Notes: generated by a model not told the origin, from the sequence alone. Counted from the stretch's first letter, positions 19,792 through 29,880 are shown. The stretch is DNA of 64,000 nt from a virus (IMGVR_UViG_3300042997_000909:32001-96000); one strand, 5' to 3'. A program made the numbers and translations.

Positions 19792-20253
19792 TTATTGAAG
19801 CTGTACAGTTACTGAAATAATAGTTCCCTCTTCATCATAATGAGCATACACAGGATACATTCCATCTCCAAATGCAGTACTAAATGCTAAACCAGCACCC
19901 GTGTGACCCATTTTGAATCTTAGTTCACCATGTCCTTCTTCTGACAAAGTTGCTTGTGCACATGCATTGTAGCTAAATCCACTTTTTGATTTAGGTCTAT
20001 CTGTCACTTCCCAGTCATGCTCTGATATTAGAACATTCATGGTTTTACCATATTCTGGTAACACCTCTTCATAGTTTGCAAAATCCTTTCCATAAGTTAA
20101 GGTTCTACCAGTGTGTTTGTTTTTGTAGACTCTAATGTCTTCAAAATCTTCATTTTCCCATTGAGAATCAATGTAGCATGGATCACAGATCATTAACTGA
20201 CCTGAATCCACAGCAACATGTCCTATGAGAACTTCTGTTACAGTTTCTGCCAT
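19792..20253 (-). CDS. DUF4241-like protein
   Basis: GHVAVDSGQLMICDPCY and STAFGDGMYPVY motifs. Confidence 0.65.
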   Translation of the reverse strand: MAETVTEVLIGHVAVDSGQLMICDPCYIDSQWENEDFEDIRVYKNKHTGRTLTYGKDFANYEEVLPEYGKTMNVLISEHDWEVTDRPKSKSGFSYNACAQATLSEEGHGELRFKMGHTGAGLAFSTAFGDGMYPVYAHYDEEGTIISVTVQLQ

Positions 20254-20279
20254 AGCATTTGTTTTTAGTTAATAAAAAA

Positions 20280-20635
20280 GTTAGTGTCTAGTCTTTCCCA
20301 GTGTCAACAGATCTATTCCCTGCAGGCAACCTGTAGCACGGTTTTTAGTTACTCATCGTTTTAGCACCCTCAGATGTAGGGTCAAGCTGAGAACTCATTC
20401 GCATTGTGTTTGGTCTAAATGACCACCAGCTTTCTCAAGGCTGCAATACGTCCAGCATTACTGCTGATATTTTGTTTATACTCCTCAATGTTTTGGAGTC
20501 CAATCTGTTCTTGGTAGTCAACAGATATGCTTTTAACCACTTGATTGCTTGTACTTCATGTCACATAGTTCTATACAAGTATAAAAGATGTGACCTGATT
20601 GACGTGAATACTCTGGTTTGGCGTCTGATTATCTT
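20280..20635 (-). ncRNA. Putative ~360 nt structured non-coding RNA
   Basis: No credible ORF; at least eight hairpins, including CAGCA-GUAA-UGCUG and a UGAGA T-loop on the minus strand. Confidence 0.6.
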
Positions 20636-21043
20636 TAATTAGTTAAATCCTTTTCCACAATGCATCATAGCATTGATCTTCTCTCTTTCTAGCCAAGCTA
20701 GATATCTAAATAGTCTCTTCATTTTCCAAAAGTTTTTTAATGGCTTGATTTGCTAAGTACTTGCTACATTTAAACTTCCACACAAGATACTGTTGAATTA
20801 TCTTTTTTGGCATAACCATGTACTCATTGTTGTTAGCTTTAACATCATCAACCATTGCGTTAATTTTAATACTCATATTATTCTGATTTAGTTGATGACT
20901 TTTTACCTGCTGGTTTAGATTTCTCTAAACATTGATTGCAAATCCATACACCAATTTCTTGCATTTCAGATTTGATTTTGTCTAAATGACAAGAGTAACA
21001 TGTCTTTTTTACTTCATTCATCTTAAGAATTTTTGGTATTAGA

Positions 21044-21289
21044 TTACATGCCTGATTTATCTATCAGAACATAAGGAGGAATAATGGTTACTTTAGATCC
21101 ATCACTATTAAAGTAATATATGGTATCACCATTAAAATTAATTGTGTCTGTAAGCCATATAGCATCATGCATTGGATGCAATCCTGATGTTGGTATATAG
21201 ACTTTACCATGTATCTCATACCTGTATTCTTTTGTAATACAAGAAGATATGATAATTATTGTCAAAAGTGCTATTAATACTTGTTTCAT
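21044..21289 (-). CDS. Putative small lipoprotein
   Basis: MKQVLIALLTIIIISS-C signal peptide and lipobox. Confidence 0.55.
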   Translation of the reverse strand: MKQVLIALLTIIIISSCITKEYRYEIHGKVYIPTSGLHPMHDAIWLTDTINFNGDTIYYFNSDGSKVTIIPPYVLIDKSGM

Positions 21290-21440
21290 TGTTCTCAGTT
21301 TTTGTTCTTCCACTCTTTCCAAGTGTCAAAGTCTTGTAACTTTTCTAACATCCATTTAGCACCTGCAATCCAATTGTCTGTCTTGTCTACATTTGGGTCA
21401 GCTAAATTAGCAGCAGCTTCTTTGATTTCTTCTTCCATAA

Positions 21441-21737
21441 CTACTTCTTTTTAAATTTTTCAAACCATTCTTTAAATGTAAAGTGTAAAGGTTGTAAATC
21501 TGACATATCTCCACCCATAGGTAATACTATATGTACATCTACTACACCATCTAAAGAGTTAAACTCTCTTGCAGAATCAAAAGCATTTTTCATATCTTCC
21601 TCACTATACATCTGTTCTTGTTGCCATTTAGCACCATCAACAAATCCATGATAAAAATCATCCTGTGCAGTTTCATATACAGAATTTGTTTTTGAAATTC
21701 TTTCAGCAGCTTCTTCTAATGTTTCTTTTTTTTCCAT
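21441..21737 (-). CDS. Hypothetical protein (ETLEEAA..GAKWQ type)
   Basis: 98 aa; a related short ORF (EIKEAA..AGAKW) follows at ~21296-21439. Confidence 0.7.
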   Translation of the reverse strand: MEKKETLEEAAERISKTNSVYETAQDDFYHGFVDGAKWQQEQMYSEEDMKNAFDSAREFNSLDGVVDVHIVLPMGGDMSDLQPLHFTFKEWFEKFKKK

Positions 21738-21738
21738 T

Positions 21739-22170
21739 CTATTCTGATTTAGAAGTTAATGAATCTTTGACAACTTTGCCTCTAAAAGGCTTGATGATTT
21801 TGAATATCTCATAAGCTTCTTCTTCTGCCCATGTGATTATCTCTTCTTCTCTGTCCATATTGTAATCATGTATAAAGAATGACTGATGCATAAGCTCATG
21901 CATGATTAAACCCATTGTAGATACATCATTTTTGCATCTTGTAAGATTGATAAACACATAGCGTTTGTCATCTTTACCATACTCGCCAGATTCTTTTGGT
22001 GCAAAATTACACCATCCTGCAATATATGCACTATCAACTGTGTTGTGTGACGCAGTACAATCTACTATTGATAGACCGTGCATTGCATCAACGTTGTAGT
22101 AATCAAATATATCACAAGGATTATAACTCAGTAAGAGTACATATGTTCCTCTAAATATTGTTATCATCAT
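21739..22170 (-). CDS. HExxH-motif protein (possible metallopeptidase)
   Basis: IMHELMH...EEIITWAEE. Confidence 0.55.
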   Translation of the reverse strand: MMITIFRGTYVLLLSYNPCDIFDYYNVDAMHGLSIVDCTASHNTVDSAYIAGWCNFAPKESGEYGKDDKRYVFINLTRCKNDVSTMGLIMHELMHQSFFIHDYNMDREEEIITWAEEEAYEIFKIIKPFRGKVVKDSLTSKSE

Positions 22171-22364
22171 TTTTTTTCTTTTTTTTCTTCAACGTAACTA
22201 ATAATAAATCCAATAGCAACAAGTGCATTCATGCCAAATGATGCTATGATTTCGTAAATATCCTCATAGACATTTACTGATAGGTGCACATGACCTACCA
22301 TCCAAAATGGTATAGATAAGTTTTGGCTTATCCACACCACTAAGTATTTTAGAAAATGTATCAT
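22167..22364 (-). CDS. Small membrane protein
   Basis: Two hydrophobic segments. Confidence 0.6.
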   Translation of the reverse strand: MIHFLKYLVVWISQNLSIPFWMVGHVHLSVNVYEDIYEIIASFGMNALVAIGFIISYVEEKKEKK

Positions 22365-22657
22365 AACTTTCTGTACCTTCTTCTTCTTCTGATTCTTTTT
22401 ATGTATGCAAACATACAGTCAAAAATGAAATAGTTTACAAAAGCTAATACTACAAGCATTAACCAACTCCAAAGACATGGATAACAAGCTGGCAAATACA
22501 TTATCACATATCCAGTTGTGCCTAACACTGCAAAAATGTGTACTATAACCATATAATACAACATCCATGTTCTAGTCTCCTTCTTCATTGTTGGTTTTTT
22601 TAGTAGATTGTTTATTACTTTTCTTTTCAATCTTTTTCTTGACTGAAGATTTGTCAT
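22361..22657 (-). CDS. Small membrane protein
   Basis: Two hydrophobic segments and a basic tail; start uncertain. Confidence 0.5.
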   Translation of the reverse strand: MTNLQSRKRLKRKVINNLLKKPTMKKETRTWMLYYMVIVHIFAVLGTTGYVIMYLPACYPCLWSWLMLVVLAFVNYFIFDCMFAYIKRIRRRRRYRKL

Positions 22658-22696
22658 TTGGCTTTTTTCTTTTTGGAGTAGCCACAGTATCTCCTC

Positions 22697-23593
22697 TTAA
22701 AATATGTACCTCGTCTTGTTCCATGGTATAATTTCGTTTTTAAGTTCTTCAAATTCCAATATTCTTTCAGCTTTGTAACCTGATTTGTAGCGCAATGCTG
22801 CTCCACCATACTGAGAAACTTTATCCTCTTGTATATCTGGACGCCACAAAAGCTCCTCACCAGGCAGGTTATGCTGCAGATTATGCTGATGCTTGTCTCT
22901 ACTATGTGTAAGAAAAATTACCTCTGACTTGACGAGATGTTTGTATTTTCTATCTACAAGTCCATCTACACCTTCAAATAAGATTCTATACTCTTCTAAC
23001 CACCCATCTGTAACCACTACAGGGGAAAAGTTTATGTGCACATCGTAACCAGCTTCTATAAAATCATTGATAGCTCTAATTCTGTCAATAATCTTACTTG
23101 TATTTGGCTCCAAAACATCTGCATACTTCTGCGGCATCAAACTAAACCTGATTCTAACCTTGCTTTTAGGGTTAAACTCTAAAAGTTTAGTGTTTACAAA
23201 TTTAGTAGCAAAAGAACCCATAGCAATGTCATGATCTCTAAAAAACTTAAAAATTCTTTCCCAGTCATGATATTTTGCATGAAGCGCAAAGTCCTCATTA
23301 CAGGATATGTCATACGTAATAAACTTCTCATGTGTTTGATTTGGCTTTTCAGTTGTGTCAAACCATGCGTGTGAGTTTATTTCAGTAAGAATATCTGCAA
23401 CACTCTTTGCATCAGCAACTGTTAATCCTTCTGGCTTATGACGTTTCATATAGCAGTAACTGCAATTGTACAAGCAGCCATGACCAAAACTTGGTGAAAT
23501 AAAATCTGTAGATCTACCACTAGGTCTAATGACCATGCTCTTTCTTTCTACGCTCTCTACGAGTTGGTGTTGGGAGCTTTGCTTTTGTTTCAT
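22697..23593 (-). CDS. Spore photoproduct lyase-like radical SAM protein
   Basis: GCLYNCSYCY (CxxxCxxC), YDISCNED, FATK, RIRFSLMP, NFSPV. Confidence 0.8.
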   Translation of the reverse strand: MKQKQSSQHQLVESVERKSMVIRPSGRSTDFISPSFGHGCLYNCSYCYMKRHKPEGLTVADAKSVADILTEINSHAWFDTTEKPNQTHEKFITYDISCNEDFALHAKYHDWERIFKFFRDHDIAMGSFATKFVNTKLLEFNPKSKVRIRFSLMPQKYADVLEPNTSKIIDRIRAINDFIEAGYDVHINFSPVVVTDGWLEEYRILFEGVDGLVDRKYKHLVKSEVIFLTHSRDKHQHNLQHNLPGEELLWRPDIQEDKVSQYGGAALRYKSGYKAERILEFEELKNEIIPWNKTRYIF

Positions 23594-24086
23594 AGTTTGG
23601 ATATTCTTCTTCTGTAAAAAACACTTTTTCTGGAGTAATCTTTAACATCTCTTTCTTAATAGAATGAGCTATATTTACAAGTAAATGATGCATCTCAGTT
23701 GCTTCTGTGCGTATATTTCCAAGTTTTGAACTCTGCTCTGAAGACATGTTTGCAATAGCACTGATACTTGAATAACCAAAATGCAAATTAACCAGCTTTG
23801 AATGAAGAGTAACAACTGCATCAATAAGATGCATTTCTTTTGTTTTGACTTTATCACTCAACTCAGACTTATAAGGATACGCTATCATTGACTTTCTCAT
23901 AAACATATCAAATGCATCCATAATTGCAGGAACCTGATGCATTGTATGAGATTTAAAAATGTCAAAATACTGATTATCATATATTCTAAAGAACATAACC
24001 ATAAACCTCATTACTTCTGGTGGATTAGTCAGCTTAGAAACATCATCAATGTCATACATGTTTACTTCACTTTGTGTATCTTCCAT
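23526..24086 (-). CDS. Hypothetical protein
   Basis: 186 aa ORF overlapping the SPL-like start. Confidence 0.65.
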   Translation of the reverse strand: MEDTQSEVNMYDIDDVSKLTNPPEVMRFMVMFFRIYDNQYFDIFKSHTMHQVPAIMDAFDMFMRKSMIAYPYKSELSDKVKTKEMHLIDAVVTLHSKLVNLHFGYSSISAIANMSSEQSSKLGNIRTEATEMHHLLVNIAHSIKKEMLKITPEKVFFTEEEYPNYETKAKLPTPTRRERRKKEHGH

Positions 24087-24152
24087 AAATTTAAACTTTT
24101 AAAAGTTAAAGATATAAAATGTAGCTCTTAGTTTTACCCAAGAGCTACAATT

Positions 24153-26021
24153 TTACAATGTGACTCTTTCTCTAATCAACTTGTCTACTTTACGCGACAT
24201 GTATCCTACCATTTCTCTTGGTAGATTTTTGATATCTGTCATCTTGATAAAGTAGTCAAACATTTGAGCTGAAGGAACTGACTCCTCTATTGCAATCTGA
24301 ATGACTTGAAACCCAAGATTTTGTGCTTTAGTCACTTTTGCACGAGTATCATTAATGGCTTCTTTACCATTGTAGTCATGTGCAGAAGGCTGACCATCAG
24401 AAAGAACAAACAAAATACCTGGGTTTTCTGTCTGTTTTCTAATACGTTTGGCAGTAGCAAGAATTGCATCACCATCACGGTTATTACTTCTTGCTTCTAC
24501 TGAACCTAATGCATATGTATCTGTATGAGAACCTGGTTCACGATAAACTCTTATTTGAGTTGACCCATAACCTCTCTCATCAGCAGTATGACCATAGATA
24601 TACAGTTTGACATCGCGCATTCCTTTGAATACTTCATTGATAAACACTGCAGCTTCACGCGCTTTGTCTATCTTAGTACCACTCATAGAACCTGACTCAT
24701 CAATAAGAACACCTACACAAATGTCATCAGTCTTTACTTGACCATAACGTTCATATACAGTTGGTACTCTTTGCGCTGCCTCAGCAATCTTGTTGGTATC
24801 TAATCTACCAGAACGCATAGACTTCATAGAAAACTGATAATCTTTGCTTTTGCGTTGAAATAACTTGCGAAGTACAGTAGCTTTTGTTGTATCAATCCTC
24901 TTTAAACAAGACTGATATCTTGCTTTGTTAGAATCAGACTTAATGAAAGTAACACTTCCATCACTAGCAGAACCTTCTTCACTATAATCCATATTAGGCT
25001 TAGTGTTTGTTGGCTCATTAGTCATTTCATCTACAAAGTCATTAAAAGCTGACATTTCTTCTGAGTCACTTTCACTTGATTCATCCTCACCAAAAGTGGC
25101 TTTCATCATTTCTTTGGCAAGTTCATTTATCTCAGACTTATCCATCGTTGAATCGCCAGGAGAACTTCCAGAACCTGAAGGAGATTCACCTTCATTCTCA
25201 TCATCACCATCATCATCACCATCACTTCCTCCACTGCCTGGTGGCTCTTCCTCTTCTTCAACGTACTTGTATACGATATTAGCAAGACTAGAAGCCATAG
25301 AAGAACAGTCGTCTGATGTTTCTGGAATACCACCATGCTTTTTGAGTAATCTCTCAATTTGCTTTAATGGTTTAGCAAACTCATCAAGTTCTTCTTCAGT
25401 CACATTTGCAGGATATCTTAACATCCTTGTGACAAGATCAAGTAATCTTTTCTGAGCTTTCTCTTCTGGACCCACTGGTTCATAGTTCTTGTCATACAAG
25501 TGATCCTTATACTTTTGAACAAACTTTAAGTATCCAGGCAATCTATTAGCCAACTTCTTGTCAATACGCTCAGTATTTAAAATACTAAACATATAATCCT
25601 TCAAAGAAAAGCCAGTTCTACCTGTATTTCTACATGTGACAGATTTACCATACTCACTTGTTGTTTGCATAGAAGCAAGCGCAGCATTTTGAATTGCAGC
25701 ACCATAAAATGCATCTAATATTTCTGGATCTGGATCGCGAAACTTTCCATCCTCATCTTTTAACATGTGGATAGGAATTTGCAAATCTGTATTCTTCTTA
25801 GGTTCAGAAGCTTTATAGTCAAATGTTTTGGGAACTCCAATAACTCTAAACATAGATCCAATCATCTTTGCAGATGTTTGAAGACTATCGCTAGACTTTG
25901 TAAAATAAGAAGAATAACTGCTTCTTCCACTATCCCAATTGAAGAATCTGTTTCTGTTGTCTGTGTATGTATAGGCTTCTTCTTTTCTCCTACCAAACCA
26001 GTCTTTAGCAAATTTGCTCAT
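24153..26021 (-). CDS. vWA (MIDAS) domain protein, CobT/NorD-like MoxR partner
   Basis: SGRLD, LIDESGSM, NRDGDAI, LSDGQP; acidic Gly/Ser/Asp linker. Confidence 0.88.
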   Translation of the reverse strand: MSKFAKDWFGRRKEEAYTYTDNRNRFFNWDSGRSSYSSYFTKSSDSLQTSAKMIGSMFRVIGVPKTFDYKASEPKKNTDLQIPIHMLKDEDGKFRDPDPEILDAFYGAAIQNAALASMQTTSEYGKSVTCRNTGRTGFSLKDYMFSILNTERIDKKLANRLPGYLKFVQKYKDHLYDKNYEPVGPEEKAQKRLLDLVTRMLRYPANVTEEELDEFAKPLKQIERLLKKHGGIPETSDDCSSMASSLANIVYKYVEEEEEPPGSGGSDGDDDGDDENEGESPSGSGSSPGDSTMDKSEINELAKEMMKATFGEDESSESDSEEMSAFNDFVDEMTNEPTNTKPNMDYSEEGSASDGSVTFIKSDSNKARYQSCLKRIDTTKATVLRKLFQRKSKDYQFSMKSMRSGRLDTNKIAEAAQRVPTVYERYGQVKTDDICVGVLIDESGSMSGTKIDKAREAAVFINEVFKGMRDVKLYIYGHTADERGYGSTQIRVYREPGSHTDTYALGSVEARSNNRDGDAILATAKRIRKQTENPGILFVLSDGQPSAHDYNGKEAINDTRAKVTKAQNLGFQVIQIAIEESVPSAQMFDYFIKMTDIKNLPREMVGYMSRKVDKLIRERVTL

Positions 26022-26046
26022 ATGTTCTAAATTAAATTAATAGAAA

Positions 26047-26076
26047 AGAGAAAGGGACACGAATGTCCCTCTCTCA
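26047..26076 (-). terminator. Intrinsic terminator-like hairpin between MoxR and vWA genes
   Basis: GAGAGAGGGACA-UUCG-UGUCCCUUUCUC followed by Us on the minus strand. Confidence 0.65.
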
Positions 26077-26112
26077 TGTTTTCTACATTGCTGATCCTAC
26101 TACAGCATGTTT

Positions 26113-27399
26113 TTAGAACGCAGATACTATGGAAAGTACCTTACTACGCTCAGACACGCCTATACCATCCTCAAACAATGGCATAATAGTAGAAAGCAAT
26201 GCTTTGTCTACCTCAAACCCATCAGACACCAAACTAGCTGCCTGAAGTGTGTGACGAACTGAAATCGCAGAAGATAATTCCTGCTCTTTGTACTGTTTAC
26301 GTATCTCATTGGATACTTTAACGATTGCTGTTGCAGCCTTTTCCTCAACGCCAGTACGTAACATCAAGATTTTAACCTCATCCTCAAGTCTTGGATAATC
26401 AAGCTCAATAGGAAAGAAGCGGTCTAATAACGCTCTATCTATTGCTTGAGTACCAGAATACTCAGAACCAAGGTTAGCGGTTGCAAAAAATACTGTTCCA
26501 TCAGATACAGGAATAGTTCTTTCACAGTCATCGCAAGCGATGTCAACTGGCAAATAACGTCTGCTATCCAAACAAGGAAACAAAATGTTATTTGCAGCAA
26601 GTGGTGAACGATTCAACTCATCTAAAAGAATAATACCTCCAGACTGAATGTGTCCAACAAAAGGAGCATAGTCAAATGCTGAATGCCCTTCTTTGTTGAT
26701 GCGGTGAACACCTAACAATGCAGACTGAGCATCTTGAACTGTACCCATATCTTGAGTATGTAGTTCTTTACCCATAGCTTTTGCTAAGTGCTTAAGAATC
26801 TCTGTTTTACCAGAACCTGTAGGTCCTACTAACAAAGTATTCTCTCCACGTAATACATTACGTACCATCAAGAACCAAATGTCTGGATCAATGTGGAATC
26901 CACAATCCTCACGTTTTGGAACTGGATAGTGAGTGGCAATGGTACGTTTAATGTTTGTACCACTTGGAATCTCTCCTTCCTCAATAGGTTTAACAGCAGT
27001 TTTCTCATCCCAGTCAAATTTGTAACCATACGCTGCAAATTGGTCAGCAATATGTCTTACATCATCAATATTATGTGTACCACTATCCAACATATAGTCA
27101 ATAGCAAAGTCACAAATCTCTTGAATTTTCTCTTCTCCCAATACTGATATAGGAAAAACAGATTTCTCAAAGAATAATGCGTGAACATGTTCTTTCATGA
27201 TATGTAAGTGATCATCTTCTGGGAAGTCATACTCATCTGCCACAAACACTGTTCCTAGTGGAAACTTAGCAAATTCAGCAATAGGACCTGTAATTTTCAA
27301 GTCTTCAATGCTTCTTGTAAGTTTTTTCTCAAACTTTTGTCCAGGAAGTGTTTTCAATTGGTAGCTTGTACCTTCAATAATTGTTTGCAATAGGATCAT
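26113..27399 (-). CDS. MoxR/CbbQ/CobS-type AAA+ ATPase
   Basis: GPTGSGKT, LLDELNR, ATAN, DRALLDRF, SVR. Confidence 0.9.
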   Translation of the reverse strand: MILLQTIIEGTSYQLKTLPGQKFEKKLTRSIEDLKITGPIAEFAKFPLGTVFVADEYDFPEDDHLHIMKEHVHALFFEKSVFPISVLGEEKIQEICDFAIDYMLDSGTHNIDDVRHIADQFAAYGYKFDWDEKTAVKPIEEGEIPSGTNIKRTIATHYPVPKREDCGFHIDPDIWFLMVRNVLRGENTLLVGPTGSGKTEILKHLAKAMGKELHTQDMGTVQDAQSALLGVHRINKEGHSAFDYAPFVGHIQSGGIILLDELNRSPLAANNILFPCLDSRRYLPVDIACDDCERTIPVSDGTVFFATANLGSEYSGTQAIDRALLDRFFPIELDYPRLEDEVKILMLRTGVEEKAATAIVKVSNEIRKQYKEQELSSAISVRHTLQAASLVSDGFEVDKALLSTIMPLFEDGIGVSERSKVLSIVSAF

Positions 27400-27487
27400 T
27401 GTGTCTTATTTAAAAGATTAATAAAAAAATTCATAGCAGTACTTAACTGCAACTTGTCAAAATACTCAATTTGAGTTAGTAAGATTG

Positions 27488-28012
27488 TCAGAAACTTCCT
27501 TTAAAGTCGTTTATGTCAAAACCTGTAGAGTCGTCATTTCCTCTGTTTTTATTTTTGCGCTCAACAAACTCACGCATTTCAGCTATAATAGCTTTTAATG
27601 TTTTCTCATCGTTTGCTAATAACGCTGCAATCGCACGTTTTTGTGAGTCTACAAAAAACGCTTTGTCCTTTTCACTAAGAGAATCCATTGCATGCTTCAT
27701 CATTGCTTTGAAATCATTCTCATCAGGAATATCATCACCAGAATGATCATGCTTTTGCGTGTTCATGTTAGCTTTTTCGTAATTGCTAAGTTCTTCTAAA
27801 ACTTGCTCACGTGCCTCAGAAAGCTTTTCATGAAGTATGTCAATCACACCTAGTGCAAGAATGGGTGAACATTTCATTTTCACAACCGCACCTATTGGTG
27901 TACCATCTTCACTTACTTCTAAAGCTACCAACATGTGGGAAAAATAATCCTTTCCCACTGAATCTACTTCAAGCAACTTATGAAGGTCTACTAATATTGA
28001 GTCTTTGCTCAT
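27488..28012 (-). CDS. Hypothetical protein
   Basis: 174 aa ORF. Confidence 0.7.
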   Translation of the reverse strand: MSKDSILVDLHKLLEVDSVGKDYFSHMLVALEVSEDGTPIGAVVKMKCSPILALGVIDILHEKLSEAREQVLEELSNYEKANMNTQKHDHSGDDIPDENDFKAMMKHAMDSLSEKDKAFFVDSQKRAIAALLANDEKTLKAIIAEMREFVERKNKNRGNDDSTGFDINDFKGSF

Positions 28013-28030
28013 AGTTAATGTTTTTGATGG

Positions 28031-28342
28031 TTATTTTACTTCTTGCGCTAACTCTTTCATTGTTGCATCACATTCTTCAATGAGTTCTACAATTGGCTTT
28101 AGCTTAGCCACTATGGAGTTTATCAGTTCATAGTACTGAGATTCTTTGAACTGTTGAACATGCTCTTCTGGTACTGAAATCATAGCGATTCCATTACCAA
28201 AAGGCGTGTCTACATTCTTACTGATCATGTTCTTATCAAGATTTTTATTTAAACCTGTTAAATACTTCTCAAAGCGATAGTAAACCATAATCAATTCTTC
28301 ATTTGTTAAGCCTTTGAAGGAGGCATTAGTGTTTTCACTCAT
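28031..28342 (-). CDS. Hypothetical protein
   Basis: 103 aa ORF. Confidence 0.7.
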   Translation of the reverse strand: MSENTNASFKGLTNEELIMVYYRFEKYLTGLNKNLDKNMISKNVDTPFGNGIAMISVPEEHVQQFKESQYYELINSIVAKLKPIVELIEECDATMKELAQEVK

Positions 28343-28896
28343 GGTAGTTGAATTTGTGTGTCTAATTCATAAAAATTCTTTGGCAACAACTTGCGTCTGA
28401 CAAACTCGTCAATGACTTCGCGTGTTGTGATTCCTAAGTTACGCAAAGTTGCAGTTTTAGGCAAATCTAAAAACCAATCAAAATCTTTCTCACCTATTGT
28501 TACATGAGGAAAAAGAGCATTGATGATCATAGTTTCAGGTCCAAATAGCTTTTTTGCTTTAAGAATGTGCAAGAACTGCTTAGCTTTCTTGTAGTCAGCA
28601 ACAATTCTACTGAGTGTGCTTGGAGAGAAACTCGCAACTTGTTCAGGCGTGTATTCTTTAAGACCATACATTAGTCTACGATACATGTTACGCTGAACCA
28701 TGTTGAGATGAATCTTCTCAATTTCCTCTTGAGTTACTTTAACTCTGTTGGAACGTGTGTTTTTGTTTTGCACAAGTTTGTCATACTTGAACATTTTTGC
28801 TTGTCCATTAGGATCATAAGCAACATATCCTTGTGCTGTGGCTGTAATTGATGCAAATTTCTGCATTGTAAAAAAGATTAAATTGTTAATAATCAA
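28339..28896 (-). CDS. Hypothetical protein
   Basis: 185 aa ORF (LLPKNFYEL C-terminus). Confidence 0.7.
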   Translation of the reverse strand: MIINNLIFFTMQKFASITATAQGYVAYDPNGQAKMFKYDKLVQNKNTRSNRVKVTQEEIEKIHLNMVQRNMYRRLMYGLKEYTPEQVASFSPSTLSRIVADYKKAKQFLHILKAKKLFGPETMIINALFPHVTIGEKDFDWFLDLPKTATLRNLGITTREVIDEFVRRKLLPKNFYELDTQIQLP

Positions 28897-29120
28897 CGCT
28901 GTGCGCTATTTTTGTCATTATCTCTAGACCATAAGATATAGTCAAGAGGTATCATGTGTGATAATATCTTTATGAAAAAGATATTCACTACTGTAATTGG
29001 GCTAAGAACAATGTGTGCGAGGTCAATAACCTCAAACTTTCCATTTTCTTTAACGTAGCCAAGAATAACTGTTGTGTTAAAAGCATAACATAACAGAGTA
29101 AGAAGATATAATGCGATCAT
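28893..29120 (-). CDS. Small membrane protein
   Basis: Hydrophobic 75 aa ORF. Confidence 0.6.
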   Translation of the reverse strand: MIALYLLTLLCYAFNTTVILGYVKENGKFEVIDLAHIVLSPITVVNIFFIKILSHMIPLDYILWSRDNDKNSAQR

Positions 29121-29123
29121 AGT

Positions 29124-29342
29124 TTATGGTAATGGATCCTCAAAATCGTGCGCAGCACACGGTGGAATTTTCTTGTTGACTGGCAACTCTGCTTGTCTAT
29201 TCATTTCTTCACGTAACTCTTTCTCATAGAGTTCTTGATATTTGGCTTGATCCTGCCAATAAGCGTCATCTACTCCATCATATGGATCTTCTTCTTGTTC
29301 TTTTTCACGCATTTGCATGAATAACTCTTTCATTCTACCCAT
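29124..29342 (-). CDS. Hypothetical protein
   Basis: 72 aa ORF (MGRMKELFM). Confidence 0.65.
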   Translation of the reverse strand: MGRMKELFMQMREKEQEEDPYDGVDDAYWQDQAKYQELYEKELREEMNRQAELPVNKKIPPCAAHDFEDPLP

Positions 29343-29343
29343 C

Positions 29344-29586
29344 TTAGTAATTTTTAGATTGATAATCTCTGATTTTGTTTAGCAAATCCTGATTGAAATT
29401 GGTAAAAAACCTTTTGTAAGCTCCTGAAATGCCAATTTGTGCTTGTTCAGTGCCATTGTAAGGAACATACCTACAACCTTTGCATATTGAAACTTCTTTA
29501 CCTTCCTCATTGGTATAAGTTATGTTGACATCCAAATTAAATCCTATTACAGAAGTAATAATGTCTTTCTTATATGATAGTGCCAT
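29344..29586 (-). CDS. Hypothetical protein
   Basis: 80 aa ORF. Confidence 0.6.
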   Translation of the reverse strand: MALSYKKDIITSVIGFNLDVNITYTNEEGKEVSICKGCRYVPYNGTEQAQIGISGAYKRFFTNFNQDLLNKIRDYQSKNY

Positions 29587-29588
29587 TG

Positions 29589-29855
29589 TCAGTTCAGTTT
29601 TAGAAAGTTATACACTAATATTCCAGAAACTATTACAATAAACCCAATCAACATCCAAAACAAAGGTCTCATCATCTTTTGTTCTCTTTCAAGATCATCA
29701 ATGACATCTTCAATCATAGCAACTTGTGCTTCAATTTCATATCTGCGTTGCTTATACCATCTTTCAGCTGGCTCAGAAATATGCAAATCTTCCAATTCAT
29801 TAAGGTAGTTGAGTTTCTTTTCTTCAAGTACCTTGAGTCTTTTACTTATACTCAT
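29589..29855 (-). CDS. Coiled-coil protein with C-terminal membrane anchor
   Basis: Start at MSISKR; hydrophobic tail. Confidence 0.6.
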   Translation of the reverse strand: MSISKRLKVLEEKKLNYLNELEDLHISEPAERWYKQRRYEIEAQVAMIEDVIDDLEREQKMMRPLFWMLIGFIVIVSGILVYNFLKLN

Positions 29856-29880
29856 TGTTTTTAGATTTAGGAGGTAAATA

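Noticed and set aside
25003-25455. Plus-strand Ser-rich and poly-His ORFs
   Set aside because: Antisense shadows of the acidic low-complexity linker of the vWA gene
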